Below, piece after piece: positions 37,546-37,691 of a stretch of 37,691 nucleotides of DNA (position 1 is the first letter of the stretch; the number at the start of each line of letters is the position of its first letter). Source of the DNA: Candidatus Heimdallarchaeota archaeon (GTDB lineage: Archaea > Asgardarchaeota > Heimdallarchaeia > Heimdallarchaeales > Heimdallarchaeaceae); NCBI GenBank assembly GCA_016839945.1, contig JAEOTE010000054.1, positions 1 to 37,691 of the forward strand. Reading direction: 5' to 3'. The notes beneath the pieces are model-generated. The model worked only from the letters and a program-made list of their open reading frames with translations. It was not told the origin of the DNA and did not search any database. The position numbers and the translations under genes were made by a program.

Positions 37546-37691
37546 ATGGAAGTTCAAAAGATAGGGTCTCGAGGAATATTATTCAATCTACCAAGTGATC
37601 CATTTACTGTCCAAATCTATTGTATAAACAGTCCAAATTACCTTTTCATTGTTGATACTGGTGTCGTACTGGAAAACCAGATGGAGGAAGT
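37546..37691 (+). CDS. MBL-fold hydrolase, N-terminal fragment (3' truncated)
   Basis: MEVQKIGSRGILFNLPSDPFTVQIYCINSPNYLFIVDTG resembles the N-terminus of 8845-9717. Confidence 0.7.
   Translation, partial: MEVQKIGSRGILFNLPSDPFTVQIYCINSPNYLFIVDTGVVLENQMEE

Overview
AT-rich, gene-dense archaeal chromosomal segment. It is most consistent with an Asgard archaeon (inferred from a longin-like protein, an ATC-hydrolase/V4R-like protein, membrane zinc-ribbon proteins, AGGTGA ribosome-binding sites, TATA-type promoters and oligo-T terminators). I saw no rRNA, tRNA, CRISPR array or transposase. Content: peptide/amino-acid catabolism (iorAB plus a panE-like gene, an M55 D-aminopeptidase), a DUF5320/DUF134/NifB-NifX/MinD-ferredoxin Fe-S-related cluster, envelope-stress-type modules (PadR-HAAS, SPFH, wHTH-bPH_2), tandem M23 peptidases, surface beta-propeller proteins and several hydrolases and GNATs. 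Main observations: (1) two unannotated 40-aa microprotein genes (27826-27948 and 29936-30058, minus strand), missing from the ORF track, with codon-level signs of purifying selection and clustered TCAC/GTGA boxes upstream of both; (2) a bacterial serine-palmitoyltransferase-like enzyme with an upstream 11-bp-arm inverted repeat; (3) three copies of a TGRRTWATWATTCA pseudo-palindrome in the promoters of the DUF134 cluster; (4) duplicated M23 peptidoglycan-hydrolase-like genes in an apparent operon with lipase-like hydrolases.
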